A DNA stretch of 64,000 nt from Candidatus Multivoradales bacterium (GTDB taxonomy: Bacteria > Acidobacteriota > Thermoanaerobaculia > Multivoradales > JAHEKO01): NCBI GenBank assembly GCA_965223855.1, contig CBDCXM010000009.1, positions 256,001 to 320,000 of the forward strand, given 5' to 3'. Positions 1 through 9,431 of this stretch are shown here, in pieces (position 1 is the stretch's first letter; every line of letters begins with the position of its first letter). The notes below the pieces were generated by a model, which worked only from the letters and a program-made list of their open reading frames with translations, ran no database searches and had not been told where the DNA came from. Both the position numbers and the translations under genes were made by a program.

Positions 1-758
1 CGCGCGAAGTAGAGCGGGGGCTCGGGCTGGCCCTCGAGGATCGACGCGACGAACGACTCCCGGCCCCTTCGCGCCGCGTCGATGGCCGCATTGGACCTGG
101 TCTCGTAGCCGACGGTCGACATCGGAACCGCACCGAGCGCCTTGCCACAGGCACTCCCTGCGCCATGCGCGGGCCACACCTGCAGGAACTCGGGCAGCTC
201 GAGGAAGAGCGACAGGGAGTCGAAGAGCCGCTCGGCCGACGGCTCCATCGCGCCCGCGACGCCGGCGGCCGATTCGAGCAGGTCGGGCCGTCCGAGGTCG
301 CCCACGAACACGAAATCACCGGTCGCGATGCCGATCGGCTCGCTCATTCCCGATCCGTGATCGGTGACGGTGAAACTCAGATGCTCAGGGGTGTGCCCCG
401 GTGTATGGACCGCCTGGATCTCGATGTTCCCGACACGGAACACGTCACCGTGATGCAGAAGGGTGACGTCGTAGTCGCTCCCCTTCGCCCACTCGTACTT
501 CCAGTCGGCGTCTCCCTCGTCGGAGAGATAGAGGTGCGCGCCGGTCTGCTCTGCGAGCTCGCGGGCTCCGGAGAGGAAATCTGCATGGATGTGAGTCTCC
601 GTCACCGCCGTGAGCGTGAGGCCTTCGGCGCGGACGATCTCGAGGTAACGGTCGCTGTCTCGCTCGGGATCGATCAGCAGCGCCTCCCCGGTCCGCTGGC
701 AGCCGACGAGGTAGGCGTATTGCGCGAGCTTCGGGTCGTAGATCTGTCGAAAAAGCAT
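1..758 (-). CDS. MBL-fold metallo-hydrolase, persulfide dioxygenase/rhodanese-fusion type (runs off the left edge)
   Basis: Not in the ORF track; read by hand from ATG at 758 with GGAG RBS: MLFRQIYDPKLAQYAYLVGCQRTGEALLIDPERD...ETHIHADFLSG...HTPGHTPEH...TGDFVFVGDLGRPDLLE...WPAHGAGSACGK. These motifs are typical of the family. Confidence 0.9.
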   Translation of the reverse strand, partial: MLFRQIYDPKLAQYAYLVGCQRTGEALLIDPERDSDRYLEIVRAEGLTLTAVTETHIHADFLSGARELAEQTGAHLYLSDEGDADWKYEWAKGSDYDVTLLHHGDVFRVGNIEIQAVHTPGHTPEHLSFTVTDHGSGMSEPIGIATGDFVFVGDLGRPDLLESAAGVAGAMEPSAERLFDSLSLFLELPEFLQVWPAHGAGSACGKALGAVPMSTVGYETRSNAAIDAARRGRESFVASILEGQPEPPLYFA

Positions 759-839
759 GTGGAGTCTCCGTGGGTCTTGTTGGGATCGTTCAGAAGCAGG
801 TCGTTGTCGGGAGTTGGAAGGGGTCGTCGGGTCGTGAGA

Positions 840-1280
840 TCAATGAGGCAGCGACGGGCGAAGCAGAGCGTAGACCCAGGTTCCAGCCAGCGCGCTGACG
901 AGCAGGACCCCCGCGCCCGCCACACCGTTGCCGAGCAGCGCGAAGATCGGGCCGGGGCAGGCGCCCGCCAGGCCCCATCCGAGGCCGAAGAGGCTGCCGC
1001 CGACGGCGTAACGGATGCCACGGCCCAGGACCTTGGGCGGCACCTCGATCGGATCGCCCGCGAGATCGGTGCCGACTCTCCTCTTGACGAGGGCGACGCC
1101 GACGGAGGCCACAGCGACGGCCGAAACGATCACCCCGTACATGTGGAAACTGTGAAAGCGGAACATCTCCTGGATCCGGTACCAGGAGATGATCTGCGAC
1201 TGCGTCGCCGTGACTCCGAACAGCACTCCCAGCAACAGGTACGGCACGAGGTTCGTCACCGTCGGTAGCTGCCGGTTCAT
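840..1280 (-). CDS. YeeE/YedE-family (DUF6691-like) sulfur-compound transporter subunit
   Basis: MNRQLPT...ISWYRIQEMFRFHSFHMYG...GGSLFGLGWGLAGACPGP; start overlaps the upstream stop (ATGA). Confidence 0.85.
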   Translation of the reverse strand: MNRQLPTVTNLVPYLLLGVLFGVTATQSQIISWYRIQEMFRFHSFHMYGVIVSAVAVASVGVALVKRRVGTDLAGDPIEVPPKVLGRGIRYAVGGSLFGLGWGLAGACPGPIFALLGNGVAGAGVLLVSALAGTWVYALLRPSLPH

Positions 1281-1837
1281 CGCAGCACCCACGGCAGCAG
1301 GACATGGGTCGCCACGAGCCCGCCGGCGAAGAAGCCGAGCACTGCCAGCAGCGAGGCGGGTTGGCGATCGGCGAGTCCGGAGATCGCGTGGCCGGACGTG
1401 CAACCTCCGGCGTAGCGGGCGCCGAAGCCGACGAGGAACCCTCCGCCCACCAGCAGTACGAGACTCGGGCCTGTCCCGAGAGAGCCCGCTCCGAAGATTT
1501 CCGCCGGCACGAGACCCGTCGGGGCGCCCAGCCCCAGCTCGGTCAGCGCGCTCGTCGTGCGCGCATCCAACGCGACCTCCGCCGGCCCGAGCCAGGTCGC
1601 CGCGACCCAACCGCCGGCAACGATGCCGAGTGCGAATACGAGATTCCACCCTCCGCTGCCCCACCAGTCATAGCGCAGAAACGACGGCTTCCTCGGAATC
1701 ACGGCCGCGCACAGATGACGCAGGTTCGACGAGATCCCGAACTGGCGACCGCCGACGATGAGCAGCATCGGCACCAGAGCACCGATGATCGGTCCGGCCA
1801 CGTACCACGGCCAGGGTTCTTTGAGCGTTTCGATCAT
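1277..1837 (-). CDS. YeeE/YedE-family sulfur-compound transporter subunit
   Basis: MIETLKEPWPWYVAGP...FGISSNLRHLCAA...GFGARYAGGCTSGHAISG; GGAGG RBS, coupled to SulP. Confidence 0.88.
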   Translation of the reverse strand: MIETLKEPWPWYVAGPIIGALVPMLLIVGGRQFGISSNLRHLCAAVIPRKPSFLRYDWWGSGGWNLVFALGIVAGGWVAATWLGPAEVALDARTTSALTELGLGAPTGLVPAEIFGAGSLGTGPSLVLLVGGGFLVGFGARYAGGCTSGHAISGLADRQPASLLAVLGFFAGGLVATHVLLPWVLR

Positions 1838-3609
1838 GAAGTTCCTCCCTGAGCTCTGAGAGAGCCCGGTCGCTGCTTCGCAACCAGGGTATCGACCGCC
1901 TCCTGGGTGCTGAGAAAAATCCGTCCTGGTGTCATCGACTCGACGAAGGAAACCCGCTGAAGCCGGTCCATGACCGGACCCTTGACCTCCGCGAGATGAA
2001 ACGTGACTCCCGCACTGTCGAGCTCGACCCTCAAGGTCTCCAGAGTCTCGAGGGCGCTGCCGTCGATGAAGTTGACCGCACTGGCGATCAATACGAAGTC
2101 GCGCAGGCGCGGGCGCTCCGCAACTGCCCGTAGAACCTCGTCTTCGAGATTCCGCGCGTTGGCGAAGTAGAGGCTCTCGTCGACCCTCACCAGCAGCAGC
2201 TCGGGCCAGGTCTCCACCTGATGTCGAAGGACGTTGCGATAGTGCTCGCTGCCGGCGACGCGACCCACCACCGCCATGTGAGGCTGCGTCGTTCTCCAGA
2301 CGTGGAGCGCCACCGCCACCACCGCGCCGATCACGATCCCGGCTTCGACGCCGAGCACGAGCACGGCTGCGAACGTCGTCGTGAAAGCCGCGCCGTCCGC
2401 TCGGCTGTACTTCCAGGCGCGCACCGCCGCTCGCCAGTCGACGAGTTGGGCGACCGCAACGACGATGATCGCCGCCAGTGCGGCCTTCGGCAGATGGTGG
2501 AAGGCTGGAGTCATCCAAATCACCGCCACCGCGACGAGCGCAGCCGTGACCAGCGCCGCCAGGCCCGACCGGGCGCCGGCGGTGAAGTTCACCATCGAGC
2601 GGCTGAAGCCGCCGGTCACGGGATAGCCGCCGGTGAACGCAGCACCGAGGTTGGCCACGCCGAGCGCCAGCAGCTCCTGGTTCGCCCGCACCCGCTCGCG
2701 GCGCTTCGCGGCCAGCACCCTCGCAATGGCAAAGCTCTCGAGGAAGCCGATGAAGCAGATCGCGACCGCCGTCGGCAGCAGCACTCGAAGCGCCGCCGCG
2801 TCGAGCGGCGGTCGGCCGACGGCGGGAAGCCCCTGGGGGATGACGCCGACGACCGCCACGGAGGCTCTCTCATCGAGCGACATGGCAGCGGTCAGTGCCG
2901 CGGTCACGCCAACTGCGACGAAAGGTCCCGTCTTCGCCAGCGGTGCGGCCCAACTCTCGCTCGCGCCCGCACGCACCAGCAATGGGCCCAGCCGGCTGCG
3001 GAAGAAGAGGAGGATCGACAACGCCGTGAGCGTCAGCAGCACGGTGGTCGGGTTGACCTGTCCGAGACGCTCGACCACCGCTTGCACGGTCTCGAGGAAT
3101 CCCTCGGGCCGCCCGATCTCGAGGCCGAACAGGTGCCTCAGCTGGCTGCCGGCGATCACCAGTGCCGCAGCGGAGGTGAAACCGGCAAGAACGGCATGAC
3201 TGAGGAAGTTGACGAGGAAACCCATGCGGGCCAGACCCATCGCCGCCTGAAGCAAGCCGACCATCAGCGCGAGAGTCAGGGCGTATCCGACGAACGCCTC
3301 GGTCCCCGGTTCGGCGAGCTCCGACACGCCGGTCGCCACCAGCAGAGAGACGATCGCCACCGGCCCGACAGCGAGCGACGTGCTGGTGCCGAAGATCGCG
3401 TAGAGCGCAACCGGGACGATGCTGGCGTAGAGCCCCACCTGGGCCGGCAGCCCGGCCAGCAACGCATAGGCCATCGCCTGCGGCACCAGCATGATCGCCA
3501 CCACGAGCCCGGCAACCAGGTCGCTGGGCAGATCGCCACGGCGATAGGAGGGCAGCCACGAAGCGGCGGGCAGCCAGCGTGCGAGACCGGTGCTCGAAGG
3601 GGTCGCCAA
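1834..3609 (-). CDS. SulP-family sulfate/anion permease with STAS domain
   Basis: DLVAGLVVAIMLVPQAMAYALLAGLP, GGYPVTGGFSRS, C-terminal RVDESLYFAN STAS domain. Confidence 0.93.
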   Translation of the reverse strand: MATPSSTGLARWLPAASWLPSYRRGDLPSDLVAGLVVAIMLVPQAMAYALLAGLPAQVGLYASIVPVALYAIFGTSTSLAVGPVAIVSLLVATGVSELAEPGTEAFVGYALTLALMVGLLQAAMGLARMGFLVNFLSHAVLAGFTSAAALVIAGSQLRHLFGLEIGRPEGFLETVQAVVERLGQVNPTTVLLTLTALSILLFFRSRLGPLLVRAGASESWAAPLAKTGPFVAVGVTAALTAAMSLDERASVAVVGVIPQGLPAVGRPPLDAAALRVLLPTAVAICFIGFLESFAIARVLAAKRRERVRANQELLALGVANLGAAFTGGYPVTGGFSRSMVNFTAGARSGLAALVTAALVAVAVIWMTPAFHHLPKAALAAIIVVAVAQLVDWRAAVRAWKYSRADGAAFTTTFAAVLVLGVEAGIVIGAVVAVALHVWRTTQPHMAVVGRVAGSEHYRNVLRHQVETWPELLLVRVDESLYFANARNLEDEVLRAVAERPRLRDFVLIASAVNFIDGSALETLETLRVELDSAGVTFHLAEVKGPVMDRLQRVSFVESMTPGRIFLSTQEAVDTLVAKQRPGSLRAQGGTS

Positions 3610-3865
3610 GCTCAGTCAACCCCCGAAGGGCAAAGACTCGGCTCAGCGGTGAAATGGCCTCCGGGCATCGGGACTCCAGGCAGAGTAGAGGCCGGGTGGC
3701 TGTTCGTCGCGATGCTCATCGTGTCGCCTGCTAACGGATGAGAGACACGGGCCGCCCTCGAGGTTCCCGCCGATACCCGGGAACCTCGGACGGCTTCCGT
3801 GTCTCTCACCTTCGAGACGCCATGACAGCAGCCGCTGTTCTCGCCAATCGAAGGAGACACGTCAC

Positions 3866-5068
3866 ATGAGCACTCACCATCACAGGATCGTCATCGTCGG
3901 CGGGGGCAACGCCGGCCTCTCGGTGGCCGCCCAACTGCTGCGCAAGGACCGCTCGCTCGACATCGCGATCCTCGATCCCGCCGAGCAGCACTACTACCAG
4001 CCGGCCTGGACTCTGGTCGGCGGGGGCGACTTCGACGTACGTGACACGGTCCGCCCCCAGAAGGACGTGATGCCGGAAGGGGTCACCTGGATTCGAGAGG
4101 CGGTGGAGACCTTCCAGCCGGAGGAGAAGACCGTGACCACCACCTCGGGCTCGTCGGTCGGCTACGACCTGCTGGTGGCCTGCCCCGGCATCCAGCTCAA
4201 CTGGGACGCGATTCCGGGACTCACCGACACCCTCGGACGCAACGGCGTCTGCAGCAACTACGGATTCGACCTCGCCCCCTACACTCATGAGTGCATCCGG
4301 AAGTTCGAAGGGGGCACCGCTCTCTTCACCCAGCCGGGAACTCCCATCAAGTGCGGTGGCGCGCCGCAGAAGATCATGTACCTCGCCGCCGACAACTTCC
4401 GGCGGCGTTCGCTCGGTGACGCCGCATCCATCGAGTTCTGCACCGCCGGCGGTGTCATCTTCGGCGTCGAGAAGTACGCCAGGCGCCTGCTCGAGGTCTG
4501 CGAACGCTACGGCATCGAGCTTCGCTTCCTTCACAACCTGGTCGCGATCGACGGCCCCGGCAAGACGGCCACCTTCGAAGTCACCGACACTGCGACCGGC
4601 GAGAAGACCGGGGTGACGAAGTCCTTCGACATGATCCACGTCTGCCCGCCACAGTCGGCTCCCGACTTCGTGCGCGAGAGCCCGCTCGCGGGCGAGGCAG
4701 GCTGGATCGATGTCGACAAAGCGACGTTGCAGCACAGCCGTTTCCCCGACGTCTTCGCGCTGGGCGACGCCACGAACACGCCGAACGCCAAGACCGGAGC
4801 CGCCATCCGCAAGCAGGCGCCGGTGCTGGTCGCCAACCTGCTGAGCCACCTGAGGTCGGAGCCGTTGACGGCGACCTACGGGGGCTACGGCTCCTGCCCT
4901 CTCGTCACCGGCTACGGCAGGCTCATCCTGGCCGAGTTCGACTACGCGAACGAGCCGGCCGAGACCTTCCCGTTCGATCAGAGCAAGGAGCGCTGGTCGA
5001 TGTACCAGCTCAAGAAGCGAGTGCTCCCGTGGCTCTACTGGAACAAGATTCTGAAGGGGACCGCCTGA
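3866..5068 (+). CDS. sqr: Sulfide:quinone oxidoreductase (type II-like FAD oxidoreductase)
   Basis: GGGNAG FAD motif, HYYQPAWTLVGGG, IKCGGAPQK and GYGSCPLVTG catalytic Cys motifs; GAAGGAG RBS. Confidence 0.88.
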   Translation: MSTHHHRIVIVGGGNAGLSVAAQLLRKDRSLDIAILDPAEQHYYQPAWTLVGGGDFDVRDTVRPQKDVMPEGVTWIREAVETFQPEEKTVTTTSGSSVGYDLLVACPGIQLNWDAIPGLTDTLGRNGVCSNYGFDLAPYTHECIRKFEGGTALFTQPGTPIKCGGAPQKIMYLAADNFRRRSLGDAASIEFCTAGGVIFGVEKYARRLLEVCERYGIELRFLHNLVAIDGPGKTATFEVTDTATGEKTGVTKSFDMIHVCPPQSAPDFVRESPLAGEAGWIDVDKATLQHSRFPDVFALGDATNTPNAKTGAAIRKQAPVLVANLLSHLRSEPLTATYGGYGSCPLVTGYGRLILAEFDYANEPAETFPFDQSKERWSMYQLKKRVLPWLYWNKILKGTA

Positions 5069-5077
5069 CCACGCCCG

Positions 5078-5779
5078 TCAGGGCACAGTCGCCGACCAGG
5101 CACCGGTGTCGCCGGACTCGAAGCCGTCGTCGAACACCTCGCACGGGGCGTTCGCGGTCCCCTGCGTCGGCGGCATGCTCTGGAAGTCGCGACCCAGGGT
5201 AAGGAGACCTCCCCCACCCTCGGCGCCACAGTAGGCGAGGCTCTCGCCCATCGCCGCCGGCTCCGTGAAGTCGTACTGCGGAGGAGGACCGACTGCAGTC
5301 TCAGTCCAGATCCCCTTGTCGGCGGCGACGTCGGAGCGGCCGACGTCGTCGGCGGTGTTGTATTGCAGGAAGTCGACCATCGCCGTGCTCGATCCGAAGG
5401 TGCTGACCGTGTAGAGACCCACATCGGCGGCCACGTCGTCGAGGTCGTTGAGATCGCCTGCTCCGGGAGCATCGATCTGCAGCACCACCCTCTCCCCCGG
5501 AGAGAGAACCGTGTCGCCGACCAGCACCGTGAGCTCCGAGATCTGCCCGTAGTCGAAGCGCGAGCACAGCCACCAGCCACCGACATCGACGTCGCCGGTG
5601 TCGCCCAGGTTGGCGATCTCGATCCAGTCCTCGTTCAGGCCACCGAGGTAGAAGACCTCGGTGATGAAGATGTCCTCGGGCGTACCACCCAGCGTCGCCG
5701 ACGACGACGGCGTCGCCGGCAGGAAGAGGATCAGCAAAGCGAGCGGAGCGACACGGCGGACAACGGGTCGGCATCTCAT
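5078..5779 (-). CDS. Secreted lamin-tail-domain-like protein with C-terminal FDDGFESGDTGAW motif
   Basis: Signal peptide MRCRPVVRRVAPLALLILFLP; IFITEVFY..EDWIEIANLG is LTD-like. Start chosen at ATG 5779. Confidence 0.7.
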   Translation of the reverse strand: MRCRPVVRRVAPLALLILFLPATPSSSATLGGTPEDIFITEVFYLGGLNEDWIEIANLGDTGDVDVGGWWLCSRFDYGQISELTVLVGDTVLSPGERVVLQIDAPGAGDLNDLDDVAADVGLYTVSTFGSSTAMVDFLQYNTADDVGRSDVAADKGIWTETAVGPPPQYDFTEPAAMGESLAYCGAEGGGGLLTLGRDFQSMPPTQGTANAPCEVFDDGFESGDTGAWSATVP

Positions 5780-5792
5780 GGCGCGAATCCTC

Positions 5793-6821
5793 TCACGCGC
5801 CGGGAAACACGCGATAGAGCCTCTCGCGCAGCTCCACCTCGACTCGCGAGCCGACGGGAAGGGTGTCGCCGGTGAGTACCCGCGCCCGGACCGTTTCGCC
5901 GCTCGACAGGACGACTCGATCGAGAGCGTCGTGGCCGAAGAACTCGCGCCCCTCGAGCACTCCCGCCACCGCGTGCCCCGAGCCCGCCAGGCGCAGACGC
6001 ACATCCTCCGGCCTGAGGAGCAGGCGGCCGGCTCCGTCGGGTGCGTCGCAGCGCCCCCTGCCGAGGGCGCTCTCGAACTCTCCACCCGCCACCATGCAGT
6101 CGAAGAGCTCGCCCGACCGCAGGAACTCGGCGACCGCCTCGCTCGCGGGGCGGGCGTAGATCGTCTCCGGGCTGGCGACCTGCAGCACTCTGCCCTCGAC
6201 CATCACCGCTACCGCGCCGGCGACGGCGAGCGCCTCCTCCCGGTCATGGGTGACGAGCACAGCGTTGGTGCCGGTGCGGCGCAGCACCTCCCTGACCTCG
6301 AGGCGCAGGTCCTCTCGCAGACCGGGGTCGAGACCGGCGAACGGCTCGTCGAAGAGCACAAGTCTCGGTTCGGGAGCCAGGGCCCGTGCCAGCGCCACCC
6401 TCTGCTGCTGGCCCCCGGAAAGCTGATCGGGGAACCGCTCCCGGGTATCCGCGAGCCTGACGAGGTCGAGAAGCTCCGCCGCCCGTGCCTCGCCGGCTCG
6501 CGATCCGCGCACACCGTAGCGGACGTTCTCCCACACCGTGAGATGCGGGAAGAGCGCCCCCTGCTGAAACACCATGCCGACGTCGCGCTTCTCAGGAGGG
6601 ACGAAGGCTCCCTCGCCCACCACGGTCCGGCCGGCGATCCGCACCGTGCCCCGGCGCGGCGTCTCGAAGCCGGCGATCGTTCGCAGCAAAGTCGTCTTGC
6701 CGCATCCGCTCTCTCCGACCAGGGCCAGCAGCCCGCTGTCGAAGACCATGTCGACGTCGCGGACAGCCACCGCTTCGCCGTAGGAGACCGTCAGCCCCTC
6801 GATCTCCAGAACGACGCTCAT
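5793..6821 (-). CDS. Fe3+ ABC transporter ATP-binding protein (FbpC/FutC-like)
   Basis: MSVVLEIEG..., GESGCGKT, LSGGQQQRVALARALA, TOBE-like C-terminus. Confidence 0.9.
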   Translation of the reverse strand: MSVVLEIEGLTVSYGEAVAVRDVDMVFDSGLLALVGESGCGKTTLLRTIAGFETPRRGTVRIAGRTVVGEGAFVPPEKRDVGMVFQQGALFPHLTVWENVRYGVRGSRAGEARAAELLDLVRLADTRERFPDQLSGGQQQRVALARALAPEPRLVLFDEPFAGLDPGLREDLRLEVREVLRRTGTNAVLVTHDREEALAVAGAVAVMVEGRVLQVASPETIYARPASEAVAEFLRSGELFDCMVAGGEFESALGRGRCDAPDGAGRLLLRPEDVRLRLAGSGHAVAGVLEGREFFGHDALDRVVLSSGETVRARVLTGDTLPVGSRVEVELRERLYRVFPGA

Positions 6822-8395
6822 CGCGACTCCCCGTCGACCCCGAGTACGGGGCGGATCATGAGGAAGTAGACCGGCACGATCGAAGCCAGAAGGAGGCACA
6901 GCGCAGGGAGCGCCGCCTGAGAGTAGATGCCCTCCGCGGTCGCGCTCCAGACCCTCGTCGCCAGCGTCTCGAAGCCGGTCGGGCGCAAGATCAAGGTTGC
7001 CGGGAGTTCCTTCATGGTCGTCAGGAAGACCAGGCCGGCTCCGGCGGCGAGTCCCGGCCCGATGAGAGGCAGCGTCACCGTGCGAAACACCCGCCGCCGG
7101 CCGGCGCCGAGACTGCGCGCCGCCTCCTCGAAGGCCGGAGCCACCGAGGCGAGAGCGCTGCGGGCGGCGCCGAGCGCCTGCGGCAGGAAACGGCAGACGT
7201 AGGCGGCGATCAGGAGGACGACCGTCTGGTAGAGCGGCTCGGCGTGCCGGGTGGCGAAGAAGACGAGGCTCAGCGAGATCACCATCCCCGGGAGGGCATA
7301 CCCCGACTGCGCGAGCCGTTCGACCGCTCTCGCCCGACGCCCCGGATAGCGAACCGACCAGACGGCGAGCGGCAGCGCCAGCGCTGTGGCCGCAAGAGCT
7401 GCCAGGCCGGCGACGCCGAGCGAGTTCGCGATCGACTCTCCGACCCGGCCGAGCGGATTGCCGGTCACCAGGGCGCGCACCGCCCAGTGGGCGACCACGC
7501 CGAGGGGAACGGCGAGCGTCACAAGATTGAGCAACGTCAGAGCTCCGAGGACCGGCCACTTCCAGCGCCCGAGCGCCACCCTGTGGGTCGCGCGGAACGG
7601 CCGGCTGCGGGTCGCCGGCAGGCGGCGCATCCAGCGCGCCTGGACTGCCATCACGAGCAGCGTCAGCGCCACCAGCACGAGTGCCAGCGAGGCGGCGGCC
7701 GTGCGATCGAAGAGGCCGCGGTAGGCGTTGTAGATCGACAGAGTGAAGGTGTTGAATCGGGCGATCGACACCGCCCCGAAGTCGGACAGCACGTAGAGCG
7801 CCACCAGCAACCCTCCGGCCGCGAGCGGCCCCCTGAGCTGAGGGAGGACGGCGCGCCGGAACGCTCCCCACGGGCCGCTGCCGAGAGACCGCGCGCTCTC
7901 CTCGACCGCCGGGTCGAGCTGGCGGAGCCCCGCCACCAGCAGCAGGAAGAGGTAGGGGTAGGTGAAGAGGGCGAGCGCCGCGAGGGCTCCCCCGTAGCCG
8001 TAGACCACCGCCGGTAGCCGTTCGACCCCGAGCAGGCTCTGCAGATGGCCGCGGGGACCGAAGAACACGACCAGGGCGAACGCTGCGACGTAGGACGGGA
8101 ACACCAGCGGCAGCGCGCCGGCGAGCGCCCACCAGCGCCGGCCGGGCAGATCGGTGCGCACCACGAGCCAGGCATAGGGCAGGGCGATCGCCATCGTCGT
8201 CACCACGACGCCGGCGATGAGCGCCAGCGTCCGCGCCGCCAGCTCGACGGTCCGCGGCGTGGCGACGACCGCCGTGAAACCCTGCCAGCCGCCGCCCAAG
8301 GCCCGGAGTACCAGGTAGACGAGCGGCAGCGCCATCGCCATGCCGATCAGGCTGGCGACGGCGATCAGCAGCGGAGGAGCCGACCGCCCTGCCAA
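6818..8395 (-). CDS. Fe3+ ABC transporter permease (FbpB/FutB-like)
   Basis: Duplicated permease halves with EESARSLG / EEAARSLG EAA motifs; MKELPATLILRP. Confidence 0.9.
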   Translation of the reverse strand: MAGRSAPPLLIAVASLIGMAMALPLVYLVLRALGGGWQGFTAVVATPRTVELAARTLALIAGVVVTTMAIALPYAWLVVRTDLPGRRWWALAGALPLVFPSYVAAFALVVFFGPRGHLQSLLGVERLPAVVYGYGGALAALALFTYPYLFLLLVAGLRQLDPAVEESARSLGSGPWGAFRRAVLPQLRGPLAAGGLLVALYVLSDFGAVSIARFNTFTLSIYNAYRGLFDRTAAASLALVLVALTLLVMAVQARWMRRLPATRSRPFRATHRVALGRWKWPVLGALTLLNLVTLAVPLGVVAHWAVRALVTGNPLGRVGESIANSLGVAGLAALAATALALPLAVWSVRYPGRRARAVERLAQSGYALPGMVISLSLVFFATRHAEPLYQTVVLLIAAYVCRFLPQALGAARSALASVAPAFEEAARSLGAGRRRVFRTVTLPLIGPGLAAGAGLVFLTTMKELPATLILRPTGFETLATRVWSATAEGIYSQAALPALCLLLASIVPVYFLMIRPVLGVDGESR

Positions 8396-8399
8396 ACCG

Positions 8400-9431
8400 T
8401 CACTCGACGAGGCCGCTGGCGGTCAGCACCGCAAGCGTCGGCTCGAGAAGACCGGCTGCGGTCGCGAAATCGACGTCCGGCGTCGGCACCGTGTCGATCG
8501 GCACGAGCCCGACGCTCGGCGCCACGCCCGCAGCGATCGGATACTCCATCGTCTCGTTGCCGAAGTAGGTCTGCGCCTCCTCCGAAACGAGGAAGCCGAG
8601 GAGCTGCTGTGCCTCGGCCCGGTCGCTCAGGACCGCTCCGCCGGCCAGGTTGACGTAGTTCGAGGCCGCCCCTTCCGGCATGTAGAAGATCCCCAGCGGC
8701 GCTTCGGGGTCCTCGGCCAGCGCACGGGCCACGTAGTAGTGGTTCACCAGTCCGAACTCGACCTCGCCGTCGGCCACCGCCTGCACGATGGCGCTGTTCT
8801 TCGGGTAGCGCTGCGCGTCGTTGGCCACCATCCCGGCCAGCAGCGCGTCGAGCGCCTCGGCTCCTTCGACGGCGTGGTAGACCGCCATGTGCGCCTGGAA
8901 CGAGCCGTTGGTGGGCGGCACGCCATAGCGCCCGGAGAAACGCTCGTCGACAATCTCCTCGAGGCGCTGCGGCAGCTCGTCGGTGGTCATCGATTCGGTG
9001 TTGTAGACCACCGCGCGCGCCCGTCCCGAGAGGCCGATCCAGCGATTCCCGGCATCGCGGAACGCCGCCGGCACCTGAGAAGCGATCTCTGCGCCGATCG
9101 GTTGCAGCAGTCCGGCCTGGGCCAGCGCTCCGAGCGCCGCCGCGTCCTGCGACAGGAAGACGTCGGCCGGTGTACGCTCACCCTCCTCGAGCAGCGTCGC
9201 GGTCATCTCCGAGGTCTCGCCGTAGCGCACCTCGACTTCGATGCCCGAGCTCGCGATGAAGCGCTCGAGCAACGGACCGATCAGCGATTCGTTGCGACCG
9301 GAGTAGACGACCAGCGGCTCCGCCTCGCCGGCGGCCGGCGGCTCCGGATCGGGGCTGCCGCCGCAGGCGGCGGTCAGCAGCAGGACGGCGGCGAGTGTCG
9401 CTCGACCCGTGTTCGAGAGTGAAACGTTCAT
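8400..9431 (-). CDS. Fe3+ ABC transporter substrate-binding lipoprotein (FbpA/FutA-like)
   Basis: Lipobox LTAAC, VVYSGR, PADVFLSQD, GLVNHYY iron-ligand tyrosines. Confidence 0.9.
   Translation of the reverse strand: MNVSLSNTGRATLAAVLLLTAACGGSPDPEPPAAGEAEPLVVYSGRNESLIGPLLERFIASSGIEVEVRYGETSEMTATLLEEGERTPADVFLSQDAAALGALAQAGLLQPIGAEIASQVPAAFRDAGNRWIGLSGRARAVVYNTESMTTDELPQRLEEIVDERFSGRYGVPPTNGSFQAHMAVYHAVEGAEALDALLAGMVANDAQRYPKNSAIVQAVADGEVEFGLVNHYYVARALAEDPEAPLGIFYMPEGAASNYVNLAGGAVLSDRAEAQQLLGFLVSEEAQTYFGNETMEYPIAAGVAPSVGLVPIDTVPTPDVDFATAAGLLEPTLAVLTASGLVE

Noticed and set aside
3612-3860. Small ORF between SulP and sqr
   Set aside because: No recognisable motif, and it occupies the divergent promoter space.
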